Assembly: GCA_051362555.1 (NCBI GenBank)
Contig: CM120645.1
Location: forward strand, 4,216,001-4,280,000
DNA from: Lingula anatina
Taxonomy: Eukaryota; Animalia; Brachiopoda
Reading direction: 5' to 3'
DNA length: 64,000 bases
Part shown: positions 1 through 13,500 of the stretch, piece after piece
How positions within the stretch are numbered: the first letter of the stretch is position 1
Layout of the letters: the number at the start of each line of letters is the position of its first letter
Notes under the pieces: model-generated
The model's database searches: none
Seen by the model: the letters and a program-made list of their open reading frames with translations, nothing else
What the model was told of the DNA's origin: nothing
Translations under genes and position numbers: made by a program

Positions 1-105
1 GGCTTTTCCCTTTCCCACAGTAATGATCAGCGCCTGGATGAGCATCACAACCGCCACTGGCAGAACGAACAAACTGCGAAAATGTATTGAAAGCCCACAA
101 AGCAT
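1..105 (-). CDS. Putative first coding exon (signal peptide or anchor) of a secreted or membrane protein, truncated by the window edge
   Basis: ATG at 105-103 (context AAAAATG) opens MLCGLSIHFRSLFVLPVAVVMLIQALIITVGKGKA, which stays open to base 1 and has a hydrophobic core. An acceptor-like TTCCCAG lies just upstream (125-131). No family is recognisable. Confidence 0.45.
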   Translation of the reverse strand, partial: MLCGLSIHFRSLFVLPVAVVMLIQALIITVGKGKA

Positions 106-569
106 TTTTCTCGCCCTATGGCCCTGGGAATTTCAGTTTCGATCGATAGTGGGCAATCACAATTTCAATGCATGAGTTAGTAATGAAATAAAGATGGAAT
201 ATTGTGATCTCAAATATATATATATATATATATATCCTAAAAATGAAAATTCGTTCAGGTGTGACGTGGTTAATGTTCTGTTTGAGTGAGTAAGTGGCAT
301 TTATCACAAAGGGGTATCGTAAGAGCGAACTAGCAAAATACTTTTTCTCAGACCATTGCTAGCTCTTCTAGAATATTTGAGTAGTAGCAAATACTCCTTT
401 TATGCATATAATTATTAGAAGAGTCACAACTATGTCCCTCTTTGGTGGCAGTGAGTCTAGGTTTATGTTTCTTTGTTTCTTTTTAGAAAAATGGAGCGCA
501 GCATAAATTAATACAGACGTCCATGAACTTGGTTGCGTGCACCGAAACATCGCATCTTCTAAATTGAAT

Positions 570-571
<2 letters not shown>

Positions 572-602
<31 letters not shown>
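572..602. repeat. (CA)n microsatellite
   Basis: Direct inspection. Confidence 0.95.
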
Positions 603-603
<1 letters not shown>

Positions 604-1326
604 GAATCAGCAGAGTGCTGTAAGTACCCAGCATGAAACGCCGAAAACTAAGTCCAACGCACACAAGGACCTGGTTTCGTCTACTCAACCATGGAATTCC
701 TCGATTCAACGTACAACCCACTTGGGAGGAAACATCTCTTGTTGAACATGAAAGATATCATTTTCAAATCAATTTGATTCGGTTGGCTCATCAATGTAAG
801 AACGCCCCTGCACACACAAAATGTCAAAGCGCACCTGGTGGTGGAGACGGTATTCATATGTGGCCGCTGGTGTGCAGCGTTCCGTAACAACCTCAGCGTT
901 CCTGCATCTTCATGTGCACGATATTCGGGGCCGTTTAAATTTCTAAAAATAGTTACTTAGTTCGAAAACGGGTCTTAACTTTTAAACCATACTTTTGACT
1001 ACTTCACACAAAATGAATCGGTAGTACCGTAGTAGTCTTGTGAAACAATCAAAATAAATAAATAAATAATAAACAAATATTGATTCAGTAACAGGGGATG
1101 TTTCATTGTCTTAGACCTATACTCGAAGTTGACTTTTTTCTTTGAAACCTCGCGTTTACATTGTTTAGATTGGGCTAGCCTTAAAATTTAGCAAAAGCAA
1201 GCTGGAAGCCTGTCAAGTTATGAACCAAGCCTTATAAGTGACTTGGATGCCCGTCCGTTATCAAACAGAGACAAACAACCGAGAAGATCCAGAAAGTACC
1301 GTACTGTCATTAAGTCTGGAAGGTAG

Positions 1327-1336
1327 GTTACGTAAT
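1327..1336. promoter_or_regulatory. D-box / PAR-bZIP (VRI/PDP1-type) site GTTACGTAAT
   Basis: Exact match to the RTTAYGTAAY consensus about 850 bp upstream of the cwo ATG. Function is inferred. Confidence 0.5.
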
Positions 1337-1940
1337 GGAAGCCTTGCAGGACGGTTTGTAACCGCGCATGTTTTTGGTGAATAGCCAATCACTTTGGAGC
1401 ATCCCAATATAGATTTCGATACGTTTTCATAAACTAATACAAGTCTTCATTTACTTTGTTAATTCAAAACACCTGCAGCCATCAAAACGCGTAATTTTCA
1501 TCCCCCCCCCCCCCCCCCCACTTTTATTTACTTTATTAAGTATTCATAAAGTAAGTATCCATAAAAAGAAAAGAAAGAAAATTCTTTTTAAGAAATTAAA
1601 AATATACTTTATAATCGCTTGGTCTATTTTGAACTTGTTTAAAAAAAATAGGGGAAACAAAGCTATGCCTCTTACGTGTAAAGGGAAAAACAATATATTC
1701 CAAAATCACAGGGATATCACAAGTTTATGTTTTGTTTAGAGTTTTTTTCTTCTGTTCATAAGCGATTTTATCAAATCTATTTTAAAGATGCTAAAATAAG
1801 GATCTGCACAGTCTCTTATGAGCCTAGAAAACAATCTGGGTTCAAATGAAAACAAATTCATAAATGATCTCTGATATCGAACAAATGTAGTTCTTAAAAA
1901 ACTAAATTCTTTGTGAAGTTAAAGTCAGAACGAGTTCAAA

Positions 1941-2090
1941 GGCCACGTAGTGTGATTTTTCCTTTCAGGCAGCCAAACAAACACGTGCCGATGAAAATAG
2001 GCACGCCACATGACACGTGAAATCGTAGGAGGCCGTGACGTCATAGCTTTCCTCACGTGTACTAGTGCGCTGTTAGCGATGATATAGGAA
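1941..2090 (+). promoter_or_regulatory. cwo proximal promoter: three canonical E-boxes, a CRE and a TATA-like element
   Basis: CACGTG at 1982-1987, 2014-2019 and 2054-2059; TGACGTCA at 2036-2043; variant boxes CACGTA (1944) and CACATG (2007); GATATAG at ~2081. The patch is CpG-rich relative to its flanks. Confidence 0.75.
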
Positions 2091-2174
2091 AGGAACCCGT
2101 TCAACTGCTTCAAAACAGAGATACATATTACCGAGAGAGGATAATTCTGAAACAGATATTCTTTACACACAATC

Positions 2175-3187
2175 ATGGAGGACGATTCGTCGCGGGCCTC
2201 AACGGGCGACAAGGATAGCGGGCAGTCGTCGGCGTATGACAGGTAAATATGAAGGTTTTTTCCACCGTTGGCTGTTGCCTTGCAGGTCGCAACTATCGAG
2301 TGACCTAGATATTCGCTGTCACCTTGATCGGTTAATGAAACCTATAATGGAACATTACTTTAAGCCGCCACTTTAGTCTTACGCAATGCATGGAATCTCG
2401 ACCAGGGTTGAGTATTTTGATGAATTCGATAAAATAGCCCCCCCCCCCCCACCCGAAGATCATTTGTACAGTACTGGTACGTGCTTCTAAGAGACTACAT
2501 ATTTTGAGCACAGTTTCTAGACGTTGTGGATGTGTTACCCTTACCAGTACTTTGCATACCAATTGAAGGATATAGTTGCATACCAATTGAAGGATATAGG
2601 ACTTGATAATTTATTGCAGTTAAGTGATTGTGTCTGAAAGGAATGGCTTTGGTGTTAAAGGAGCTGCAGAGTGTACCTATATTTCAGTAACACTAGCAAC
2701 CATGAAGTGAAAGTTACTAATATATATGTAGATTCAACTGTTTAGTCTGACTTCACAATGTTGCCAGTTTTTTTGTGGTATGAGAAATGCTATGACAATA
2801 ATCAATATACATGTGTACATTTGTGTATGATACCCCTGACCACAACATACAATCAATATGTTTTTCTCAGTCTTGTAAGAATAGGGTTAAAACCAGGATT
2901 ATGTCAGTGGTGGAACCAGGGGAGACCACAGAGAGGAATGCCCCCTCCCTCTTTTAGCTTAATTCTAAGTGGCCCCTCACATGGAAAGGAGATGAAACCA
3001 AACAATTTGCCAAATCGTTTGACCTACATAGTACATTGTATATTGCCCTAGCTTGTCTGTGTTTTTCTTATTTGCCAGTCAAAGCGAGGCAAAATTTTAC
3101 ATCCTTCTACGTTTCCTCAGTAGGATCATACAATGTATTACATGCAGTGATATAAACACTATGTTGTGCTCAATACATATCATACTG

Positions 3188-3218
<31 letters not shown>

Positions 3219-5503
3219 TGTGTGTGTGCATGTGTGCATGTGTGTGTGCGTGTGTATATGTGTGTGTATGTTAGTGCACCTACACTTGCAGATCTACGAG
3301 AGAATGCATTATGTATGGAATCCATGAAAGAGACTGTTTTATTGTAGGGCATTTGGGGGTAGGAGTGTGGGGGGGGGGGGCGAAGGTGAGGGAATACCGT
3401 TAGCTTCTTGTCCGATATGTGCAAGCTATAAATATATATATGTATGCTGTGTGCACCCATGTTTATCAAATTGACCTTGTGGATTTGTGGGATATGTACT
3501 TGTGTATTACTTTAGTCACGTATATAGTAAACAACTGAGAATAGACTTCTACTGAGCAGTGCAGTTGTAGAACTGTTACAGGGACAAATGATAGATGAGG
3601 TGGAAGGTGTAACATGAATGCTTCACAGATACCAGCAGTATGAATTATAAAAAGTGAATATAGTGGTCGTTTGCATATCAATGGGTATGTATGCTTAACT
3701 AAGCCGTAGCCCGGGGGATGGGGGGGGAGTTCGAGCGGGGGGATGAGGGTGGTGAATTAGCTGCCCTTTTTGCTGGAAGAGGTCCACTGTGGATAAAATT
3801 TGATAAGGTACATGAAGGTTTCCTGATAAAACGTACACTTTTTCAAAAAAGAAAAAAAAAGACTCCCCCCTCCTCTTTGAAACTTCTAAAGCTGTTAACT
3901 GATGCCGTCTGTACAGGGCCCTGTAGGTTGAAAGCATCGTGCATTGCGACTGAGCGCAAGCATCTCAATTCCATAACTCACCCATATTCGCCCCATATGG
4001 AATCTTGCGCTTGGTCGCAATGCGTAATGCTTTTGAGTTACGGGGCCCAGGTTCACAGTTCAGTTTGTTGAGGATGACAACTCAATACCCTGGATTGATC
4101 CTTGTCAAAACCAGTTAATTTAAACCTTGATACCTTAAATACAGAATAATAAGGTTATAAATGTTTTGTTCATAATGAAATTTACCCCCTCCCCCCCCCC
4201 CCCAAAAAAAAATGTTTTTTTAAACAAAAAACAATTAGGCACTAGTTTTATTTATTTTGGTATTGAGGTTAAAGGGTGCATTCCCATAGATTTTAGATCA
4301 ATCTATCCCCGTGGGGAGTCTCACTTGATTACTATCAGATAATCCGGCTTAAATGTCCGTCCCGCCTACTACAAGCTGTAAGGGGGTAATTAACTTTGGT
4401 GCCTGCCCGGCTGACAGCTATGTAGCATGAACCCTCCCAGGGAGTTAGGTCGATCTAGTTGGATCGATCTAATCTCTGGGAATGGGGTCTAAGTGTACGG
4501 TAATGACTCAGTCTTTTCAATCAGCAAATATTATCAAACTTTTAGAGGCATAATTTTACAAGCACAAAATTTAAATTTCTGTATGACGTTTGTGGTTCTT
4601 TACTGCATAGAATAGAACTGTAGAATAGCCTGCTTTTTACTTTTGTTGCTACCACTCAATAGGAATGTTCTTATGTAAGAAATTATGACTTAAAAAACTT
4701 TATCTGTAAACTCCACAATTGTCCCCACTGAAAGGATGGAGTAATTACCATAACATACAGTCGTTGCTGTCTGTAAAACACGACATGGCAAGATCACATG
4801 GCTGACACATGGCTACAGGCCACTACATAGTTACCATTTGGTCTGTATATGGTGTCTGAACTGCGATGTTGACACAGATATGAGGGTGAGGCATGTTTGC
4901 AGGCGCTTCAGATAGAGGAATAAACAAAATGTTAGATAGGGCAAAAAAAGGCTTCTTCAGTGCAGATGTCCTAACATTGAATGCAAAGGCTTTAAGTAGG
5001 GTTCGGATTGCACTGGTAGGTTTTCATTGATCCCTCTTGAAAATTAATACCTTTTTTTAACACAGTGACTTGCATGACTGAGAAAACATTTTTTTTTTCA
5101 AAGTACAATTACAGCAGTGTCTGTACATGAAAAATGATAAGTGGAGAAAGGCTGAAATATCTTTATTGCCTTCAGCTGAGCCCAGCTGTCTGTGACTGGA
5201 ATTTAGATGAAATCTCTACTATAAACTGTGTACTGCAGCAATAAGTTCTGCTAAGTTTAGCTCTGCTAAAAACAATTTTAGTGTTATTTGCAGTTCTGTG
5301 TGAATGGATGTCTCAAGTAAGGTGTTACATGCAGGTTTCCATTAATGTTGCCATAGATGATAGGCTTTAATTTAACAAAAAATAATAAAATAAAATAAAA
5401 AGCATGGCATTTTCAACATTTTTCTCTTTAACACCAAGATGTAACCTATATCAAAAAACCTCTAAAAATTATAATCAGTAAATTCATTTATGGAGTGTAA
5501 GTT

Positions 5504-5552
<49 letters not shown>

Positions 5553-8500
5553 TTTTAACCATCAGGAGTGAAATTCACCTGTTTTCACTTCATTACAAGC
5601 AAGTGACTTAAAAATGAGAAACCAAAGATTCAAAAACTAGTTAAATTAGAACCAGTTCTGTGGACATGATACGATTCACACTGATGATGAAAGTGGGCGT
5701 TTCCTGCAAGAAAAAAAAATAATGATAAGAGCAATTTTCTAAAATTCTCCTATTATCAGAACTTTATTTGACCCGTCTCTGCACTTGGTTGTGACATTCC
5801 ATGCCATTTCTGATTTTGAAATAATTAAGTTCTTATTGACCAGTCGGCTCTACATGTTTTCATTTATTAGCCAGGTTTTATTGTTTCTAAATTGGGTTTA
5901 AAATAAGTAGCTTTACAGGATGTGTATCCTGTGTTCACATGGAAAATAGGCTTTGGGGGATATTTCCAAATGAGGTAAGTTTGCCTTAAAGATGCATACA
6001 AAGTCAATTTTTTGTCACAAAAACCAACCAAATGCCAGCATATAGTTTCAAGTAGTATAACTAAGAGAATTACCAAAAGGCATTGTTTAATTTTACCCGA
6101 AAAAGGTGTTTGAACGGATTTTTCTGCTGGCATTCTAAGCTGTATGTCAATGGGGCAGGAAAGTAGGTCACGAAAGTAGGTTAAATTTACAACCAAAAAT
6201 TTAAAGAAAGGAGCAGTCTAAAGGTATTTTATGGCTGATCGAGTGATCTATTCAGTTTATCCCTTGACATGTTGAATTTATTTGAGTCATATAAGAATCT
6301 AGTAGAAGTGGTTTACATGTGTTACTGGGAATCCACGCTCCACCAATGCTCGGTTCGTATGTACCTTTAAAGGAAAAAGTGTGGACATTACCAGGAAAAT
6401 GTAATTTAGAAGTCTTGAGGAAACGGCTCAAACGTGCAGTTTAAAAAAAAAAATTTCCAGATTACCCAGTGCTGTGTGCATTAACTCAAAGCTTTGAACA
6501 GGCCAATTGACACCTGACTGATAAGGTATCTGCAGGTAGGAAGTTCCCAAGGAAAGCCATAGAATAATGCAAGGGTTTGTGTGTGAATTTACTCATAACA
6601 TTTATAGGATGTCCTGTTTACAGGAATAGATTCCTCTAAGGAAACAGATATTGAGACTTCATTGTGGGCATATTGGAATATAACTTGAGACTCAGATCTA
6701 GATAGATATCTCTGTAATATGCAGTGACTCAAGAGAAAAGAGGAATTACACAGAAAACTTTGGACTCCTGCCATTGTATTCTCTCTGCCGTGCCTCATGA
6801 ACAAGGTGACAAATTTTACCAAGGCACAGTAGAGTGTAGTATGATCTCTGCAAGAGACTGTAGGGCCTGTCTGAAGACAGTCACCAGGGGTAGGGAAACT
6901 GCCCTGTTGACTTAAAATATTCCATTCTGTATAAGAATTTGATCTAGGTCCTATGCCATTTCTTAAGTTGGGTCAATTAAAAGCAAAGGTGAAGATGGTT
7001 CATATTTTCAGGAAAAGATGCCCCCCCCTCCCTAAATTGATGACTACAGACCTAATTGTCCTGTTGTGACATGATTTTTTTTTGAAGAATAAAACACAAT
7101 TTTTGCCATTTCCCAGAAAATTTTGAAGAATATGTGGGAGTTTTCAGTTTCTTTAGTTAGAGAGTAGATAAATTAGGTGTGGAAATATTTCCTTGTCAAG
7201 ACAAAAAAAAAAAAAAAAAAAGTTGCTAGGATACTGTGTTTTAAATGGATGGGGATGTTTTAAATTTAAGTTAGATATCAGTGGACAAGGTATTGAATGT
7301 GCAACAAATACCATTTAGTAAAGTGTTTCATATGACAGTAATTTTCCCACCTTTGTGACTAACTGAAAGGGCATTGTTATGCGGATCACATAGGAAACTA
7401 TTATTTTATAAATCTTAATAATATTATTCTATTTTGGCAAAACATAATAAGTTGTTACTGACCCAACTTTTGGGAAATAACTTCTTATCATTTCTTTTGG
7501 ATTTTTCACTTAGAAGTATTTTTCACTTAGAAGTATTTGTAGGACATTCCTTTGGTAAGTGGGGGTATTAACAATTGGCTAACAACAAACAAAAAATAAA
7601 ATGCTAGTAAAGAACAAACCAAAAACATTTACCATTCCTATTCACAAATAATCTTAACTCACAAACTTGTATCTCAGACCGCATTCAAATTGAGCCAGGC
7701 TTTACAAATCCTGAGAACTAAAAATGGCGGACGTACATGAAAGAAAAACCGTCTCAGTTTAGTTTGGTCTTATCATTAAATGGATGTTTTCCTGCACTTT
7801 CAGTGACATTTACTGGAAACTGGGTTCATTTACCTAGATGTATTTCATGTTTGGTATAAGTAACAGGCCAATTTTAATTAAATGCTGAATTTAATGAGGT
7901 CATTGCCACATGGGGAGGCGTGAAAGAAGTGGAGAGACCATTACAAGATTAAGCAGTTTTGTCTTCATGTAGGTCTGCCATATTGAGGCCATGTACCAGC
8001 TAGCACTGGGCTCTTCTCATTCTGAATAACCCCTTGTGTGTTACATGTGTGCATTTACACATTATTACTCGTGATTAGAAGACGGCAGCATGGCTCGAAG
8101 CTAACATGTATTTTTTACATGTCTGGTCGGGCTTGCTGATGGCATGTTTCACCCGTAACCAGCTAATTCACATTTACCCCCCCCCCCCCCCCCAATATAA
8201 TTAGGAACAGTGTTGCAACTTGACTTTCGCTTTGCGCCATTCATGCATTGAAAACGACGTTGTCCCTCATTTTGAGGCGTGCTGCGCCGCCACGAATGTT
8301 CCTCAAAATTTCGTTGCGAGCACCTAAATAATGAAACTGAATGTTACTCTGTTTTACTTATCAATTACTCAACTTCAGCATGAACGAAGCCATATTTGTT
8401 TACTCAGCACGTGTAGTGAGGTGTTCTGAGACGTCCGTGCTTGTACAGGCGGCCGGTCACGACCAGTTTGAGCTGCCTGTTTTCGGTGTTTTGCGCAGTA

Positions 8501-10434
8501 CATAATTTCAACGCCCTCTACTAGTGTTTTTCATTAACACTGATATCTTTTTTTTTACATAAAGTCCTGGCAATGAGTTCTTTGCAGTGTAGCCTAGTTT
8601 ACAGTAAACTGTAGATCAGCACAGGACTTAAACTACTGCGCATGTGCGAAAAGTACTCTGTTTGAAATAAACAAATGGTGAAATTGACAAAGCCTGCCAG
8701 TGATTACCGTCTGGTTGATTTGATTTAATTTGCTTTCTGGTGTTGTTTTGAGAGGTTATATTAGAAATATTCTGTTGATTGTATGTCTTAAAAAGCAAAT
8801 CCATTGGACTTTCTTTAGATTAACATTTATTTTGTCTTCATTGTAAGGGGAATTCCCTTCGCATTTATAGTGTTACTTGTGGCCCCAAGGGAATTTTCCA
8901 TCCCTCCTTCACTGTTGACAAATAAAATGCTTCATTTGGCAGATTTAAAATGATTATGCAAAATGCATTTGCAGGGAGGTTAGTTTCAGGTAATGCTGTT
9001 AGCATATTCTAATGGGTGGGTTAAATGTTTAACTTCTACTTCTGCGTGTTGATCATAAGGTCTTATTTTTTGAAAGGCAGTGGCAGTGGTACCAAACAAT
9101 TACAATGCAGTTTGTAATCTCGTAAAAATTGGGTTTTTAAAATGAAGGTCACAGCTTGGCATACATCAAAAGAGTTCTCAGTTATTACTGGAATCTTCAA
9201 TAATAATTAATATGAAACATACAATATAATAAGTTCTTATGTGTGGCCTATTTCTTAGCCAAATTGATATTTCGTTGAATTAAGAGGTTACAAAACACCA
9301 GAGATCGTATCGTTGACCTATTTCACGGATCGAGGCACCATATTTTTTTCCTGTACTCTCAAGAGCCATTATTTACTTCAAAGAAGGTCATGGCTTACTC
9401 TCAAAGCAAGCTCCCTGGAGCCAACTTGCATACAACATAACTCTGCTTTATCATTTTTTTTTTTTTTTTTTTTGCTTCCCAAGCAGTAATTGTTGTGTGT
9501 TAATTATGTGAGATGGGATTTTAGACTAGGTAATGGAATTTTGTTGACAAACTTATTGAAAAAAACTGTCATCAATATCACAATGCCTGGATGCCCTTTC
9601 TTCTGTATTAGCTTTGGGTAGGTCAGATAGCTTAGGGCCTATTGTGTAACATCCATGCTACACGTATACATATGTCATGCCATCATAAGTATGTCTGCCA
9701 AAATGGGCATGTTTAAGGATTTACAGGAATGAAAAGCAGCAACTTTAGAGTTTGCTCGGCAAAGTTTTATTTAATATATTAATCAGTTTAAGTGAAATAA
9801 CGATTAACCTATCAAGAAATAATTGTAATGGGGTTGTATTTTAAAAAAAAGGAAAAAAAAAAACAAGGTGGAAAAGTAGTTTTTATGTGCAAGCTCCAAA
9901 TATAATTGAGGTTATACAAATAGCTGGTCCCACACCAGATTATACTTTCTTCATCATATATCACAAATTTGCATTTTGAACCCCTTTTGAAAGTGAATTT
10001 GAACAAAGTTTCACTTAATTTGACCATAATTAATTGGTAGAATACACATCTGAGATGTGCCTATATTGGCAATGTTCCTATTTCGGCAGGACAGTTTTAG
10101 GAACAAAGCAATGTTTAATATGTTCTGGGGTCTGACTTTTGTATTGCTATTTATAATACTACGGGAATTAAAAAACTTTTTTTTGCTCTATTTAATAATT
10201 ACATGAAAACTTTATGGCGAAGGAAGTCACTGGGCTACTTGACTTACTTGGAAGATAATAATAATTATGCAATAAGGTTTCAGAAATTAAAATAACATAA
10301 TGAAAATTAACTGAAAAAAGATGTATATATATGGCAAATAATTTTAATTATATCTTGCTTTTATTGCTTTTATAATGAGAAATTAAAGTTGCAACTGAAA
10401 ACAGTTGTGTGATTATTGACTTAAAAGGGTGCAA

Positions 10435-10517
<83 letters not shown>

Positions 10518-13500
10518 TTTCCCATAAATAAGTTCCAGGCCTGTAGCTAGGGCCAGGGTTCTGGGGGTGCGAAAGAACCCCCTTTTTACATTTTACAACT
10601 TTGCTGTCTTATTTCATGTATGGTATCTGTATATTGGTCAGTTTTGCTGTCTAGTTTATCTATTGAAATTGAATTGACTTCAAAAAGAAATAAGAGTCAT
10701 TATGTTAAGGTATGTTTGAAGTGTTCAGAAATCATAAAATGACATTTTGGTTTGAAAATATTTTTACATGGGTTATTTATTATTTTCCTCCAATACTGTA
10801 ACCTATCCCTTCTTTTTCTGCATATAAAAGACAAAATGCTGTTTTGAATATGAACTTTTTGTTTGTTTCTTCTTTTTAGCAGAATGTTCAAGTTCTCAGC
10901 TGGTACAAATCTACCATATGACGAGTTCTCACGACATAGAAAGATACGACAACCTAGGGTAAGAGTATTGCTTACCAAAATGTAATTATTTAGTACATCC
11001 ATATAAAATTACTGAAAATCCATTGTTGCTTGTTAGTAGGCATAGCTGTATGTGTTAGGTTAAAATTTAGATTGTTTTAAAAATTATTAAAAATTATTAC
11101 TTTATTTTTGTCAATGTTTGGAAGTTTGACCAGACAGTGGCCGCATTCAGAACATTCAGAACTGCGGGTCAAATATGGTGACTTTTTTTAAAAAGCTCGC
11201 CATCTAATCCGCTAATAGCCACTAAGTAGAATCCCCTTGGGAAAGTATTCAAGTGGGTCGGCCATATTTGACCCTCAGACAAGTTAGTCCACTCTCCTGA
11301 ATGCAGCCTATCATTTAGTCAAATTGACTTAGTGATAGAAATATTGTTGCCTGTTTAAGTTGGTATCTACCAGTATGTCAAATTTAATTTAAACACTCTG
11401 TGTCTTAGGGTGCTTTCTCAGTGAAACTATCATACTACTAGTAGGAAGTTCGAAGAACTAATTTAGCTCGTTCAAATTAACTCTGTTAGGACTCTTGTTG
11501 AACACAAATAGATTAACAGATTAACGTGCCTCCTCCTGGTGTTCAGTAGAATACAGAAAAGCTGGTGATTCTACGAGTACGTCGGAAACAAGAGGAGGTG
11601 TGTTAATCAGTTAATCTGATTGCTTTAAGTGAGAGACCCTGTGGGTTCATTTTGAACTGCCTGGTATGATTGCTTCACTGTGAACGTAATCCCTCAGTCG
11701 AGAAACGAGGGGGTTGAAAGTCCAAGCAAAAAGAACATTGGGTGAATTGGTAATTCTGATATTTTGTCTTTTTTTTTTACACAAGGAGCACTGAGGATAA
11801 TATGTACATAGAGTAACTTCATGCTTTGTTTTTTTTTATTGCAAATGTTTCTATAAAATATACCACAGAAGCTGAGCTTACTTCCTGTATGCCTTGATTT
11901 TAGAGTGAATACTAAATGTCATTTCAATCAGTGCGTGAGTAATCTCAACACCTTTGTTATACTTAATGACTACCCTCTACCAGGGCGACTGATAGATTTT
12001 TATGGATATTCACAGATATGTCTCTAGCTAGATAGATTGTCATTTTAACTCTGACTTAGAGTACTTAATGACCACATTTGCCAGGAAGGAAGCCAAGATA
12101 TAGTAGTACATATATTATAAGTGTGCTGTGCTAAAAAAATACAAAATGCAAGAGTTACTTCTCTGCCCAATGTAATTTTGGCTGGAGAGTTCAACCACCT
12201 TGAGAAAACAAGACCAAAGTTGCTGTTGTTTCACTTTTGAAACTGATGAAAAGAGAGAAAAGAAAGAAAAGCATCTTGTTAACTTCTCAGGATGAAAAAA
12301 AGTGCTTTTGCTCTGAATTTTCAGGATCCCATGTCTCACCGTTTGATTGAGAAGAGGCGAAGAGATCGCATGAACAACTGTCTGGCTGATCTTAGCAGGC
12401 TCATTCCACCTACCTACCTAAAACAAGTAAGTTTAGATCTAACATTCTCCTATCTCTAGACCACCTTGAAGCAATGATCAATCTTTATCTTGTAAAGCAA
12501 TGTTGTCTGTCATGGTGAAACATATTTTCTTACTGTATCAGTTTGTCAAAAAAAAAAAAAAAGCCAGGGAAATTTTAAAGAAAAAGAGAAGGGGCAATGA
12601 GAGTGGATGACAGCATATAATGGAAATCAAACAAGATAACCCAAATTCTTGCAACTTGGCAAGGGGTCAGCTTATATTTTATGGCCCATTACTGATATCC
12701 AGGCTCTAAGCTATCTCAAGTGATCACAATTAAAAAACATTCTATATTTATTGCTTTTTTTTTTCAAAGGTGCCATACTTACTAATTGTATGTTTGCCTT
12801 AGAGCCTATTCAGAACAGACAATCCAAGGATCTTCTGATCCACAGGTCAAATATGGTGGACCCTATATTAAAGGAGAGCCGACTAATCCCCTGATGGTCT
12901 CCCCGCCTCCACACGCCATTAAGTGGATTAAATCATGGGTTTAATTGTTAGACCTCTGCAAGGATGGTGCGTGTGGAAGGGGGGAGATGCTCACCAGTCT
13001 TTCATGTAGGGTCCGCCATATTTGATCTATGGATCAGTAGATCCTCGGATCTTCTTTTCTGAATGGGCTCTTACATGCATAAAACACAAGTTATGTTTTT
13101 GTATTATTTGCAAGACAGGACAAGTAACCTTTTGATTGTTTAATTTTGATCTAATGGAATTAATCGAACTGTACTGTCAACACATTAATTTTGGTTTAAA
13201 ATATCAGTTTGATTCACCAGAAAGCTGGGTGCAGAATTTTTGTACCTATTTTGAATGCAAATTTCTCCACTGAAACAGACAAACAATAGAATAAGACCAG
13301 AAATTAAATCAGTTACTGAGACACTTTTATTTTATATCATCTCTAGCAAGGTCAGGGGAGGATCGAGAAAACTGAAATAATTGAGATGGCGATTAAATAT
13401 ATTCACAATCTACGAGAGAGAGCACAGCATGGCCCACAGGGCAGACCAGGTATGTGTCAGCATATAAAGTGAAGTTTGATGTCTATGGCCCCATTCAGAA

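Noticed and set aside
368-3469. ORFs containing VCVCVC or THTHTH runs
   Set aside because: They are translations of (CA)n/(TG)n microsatellites.
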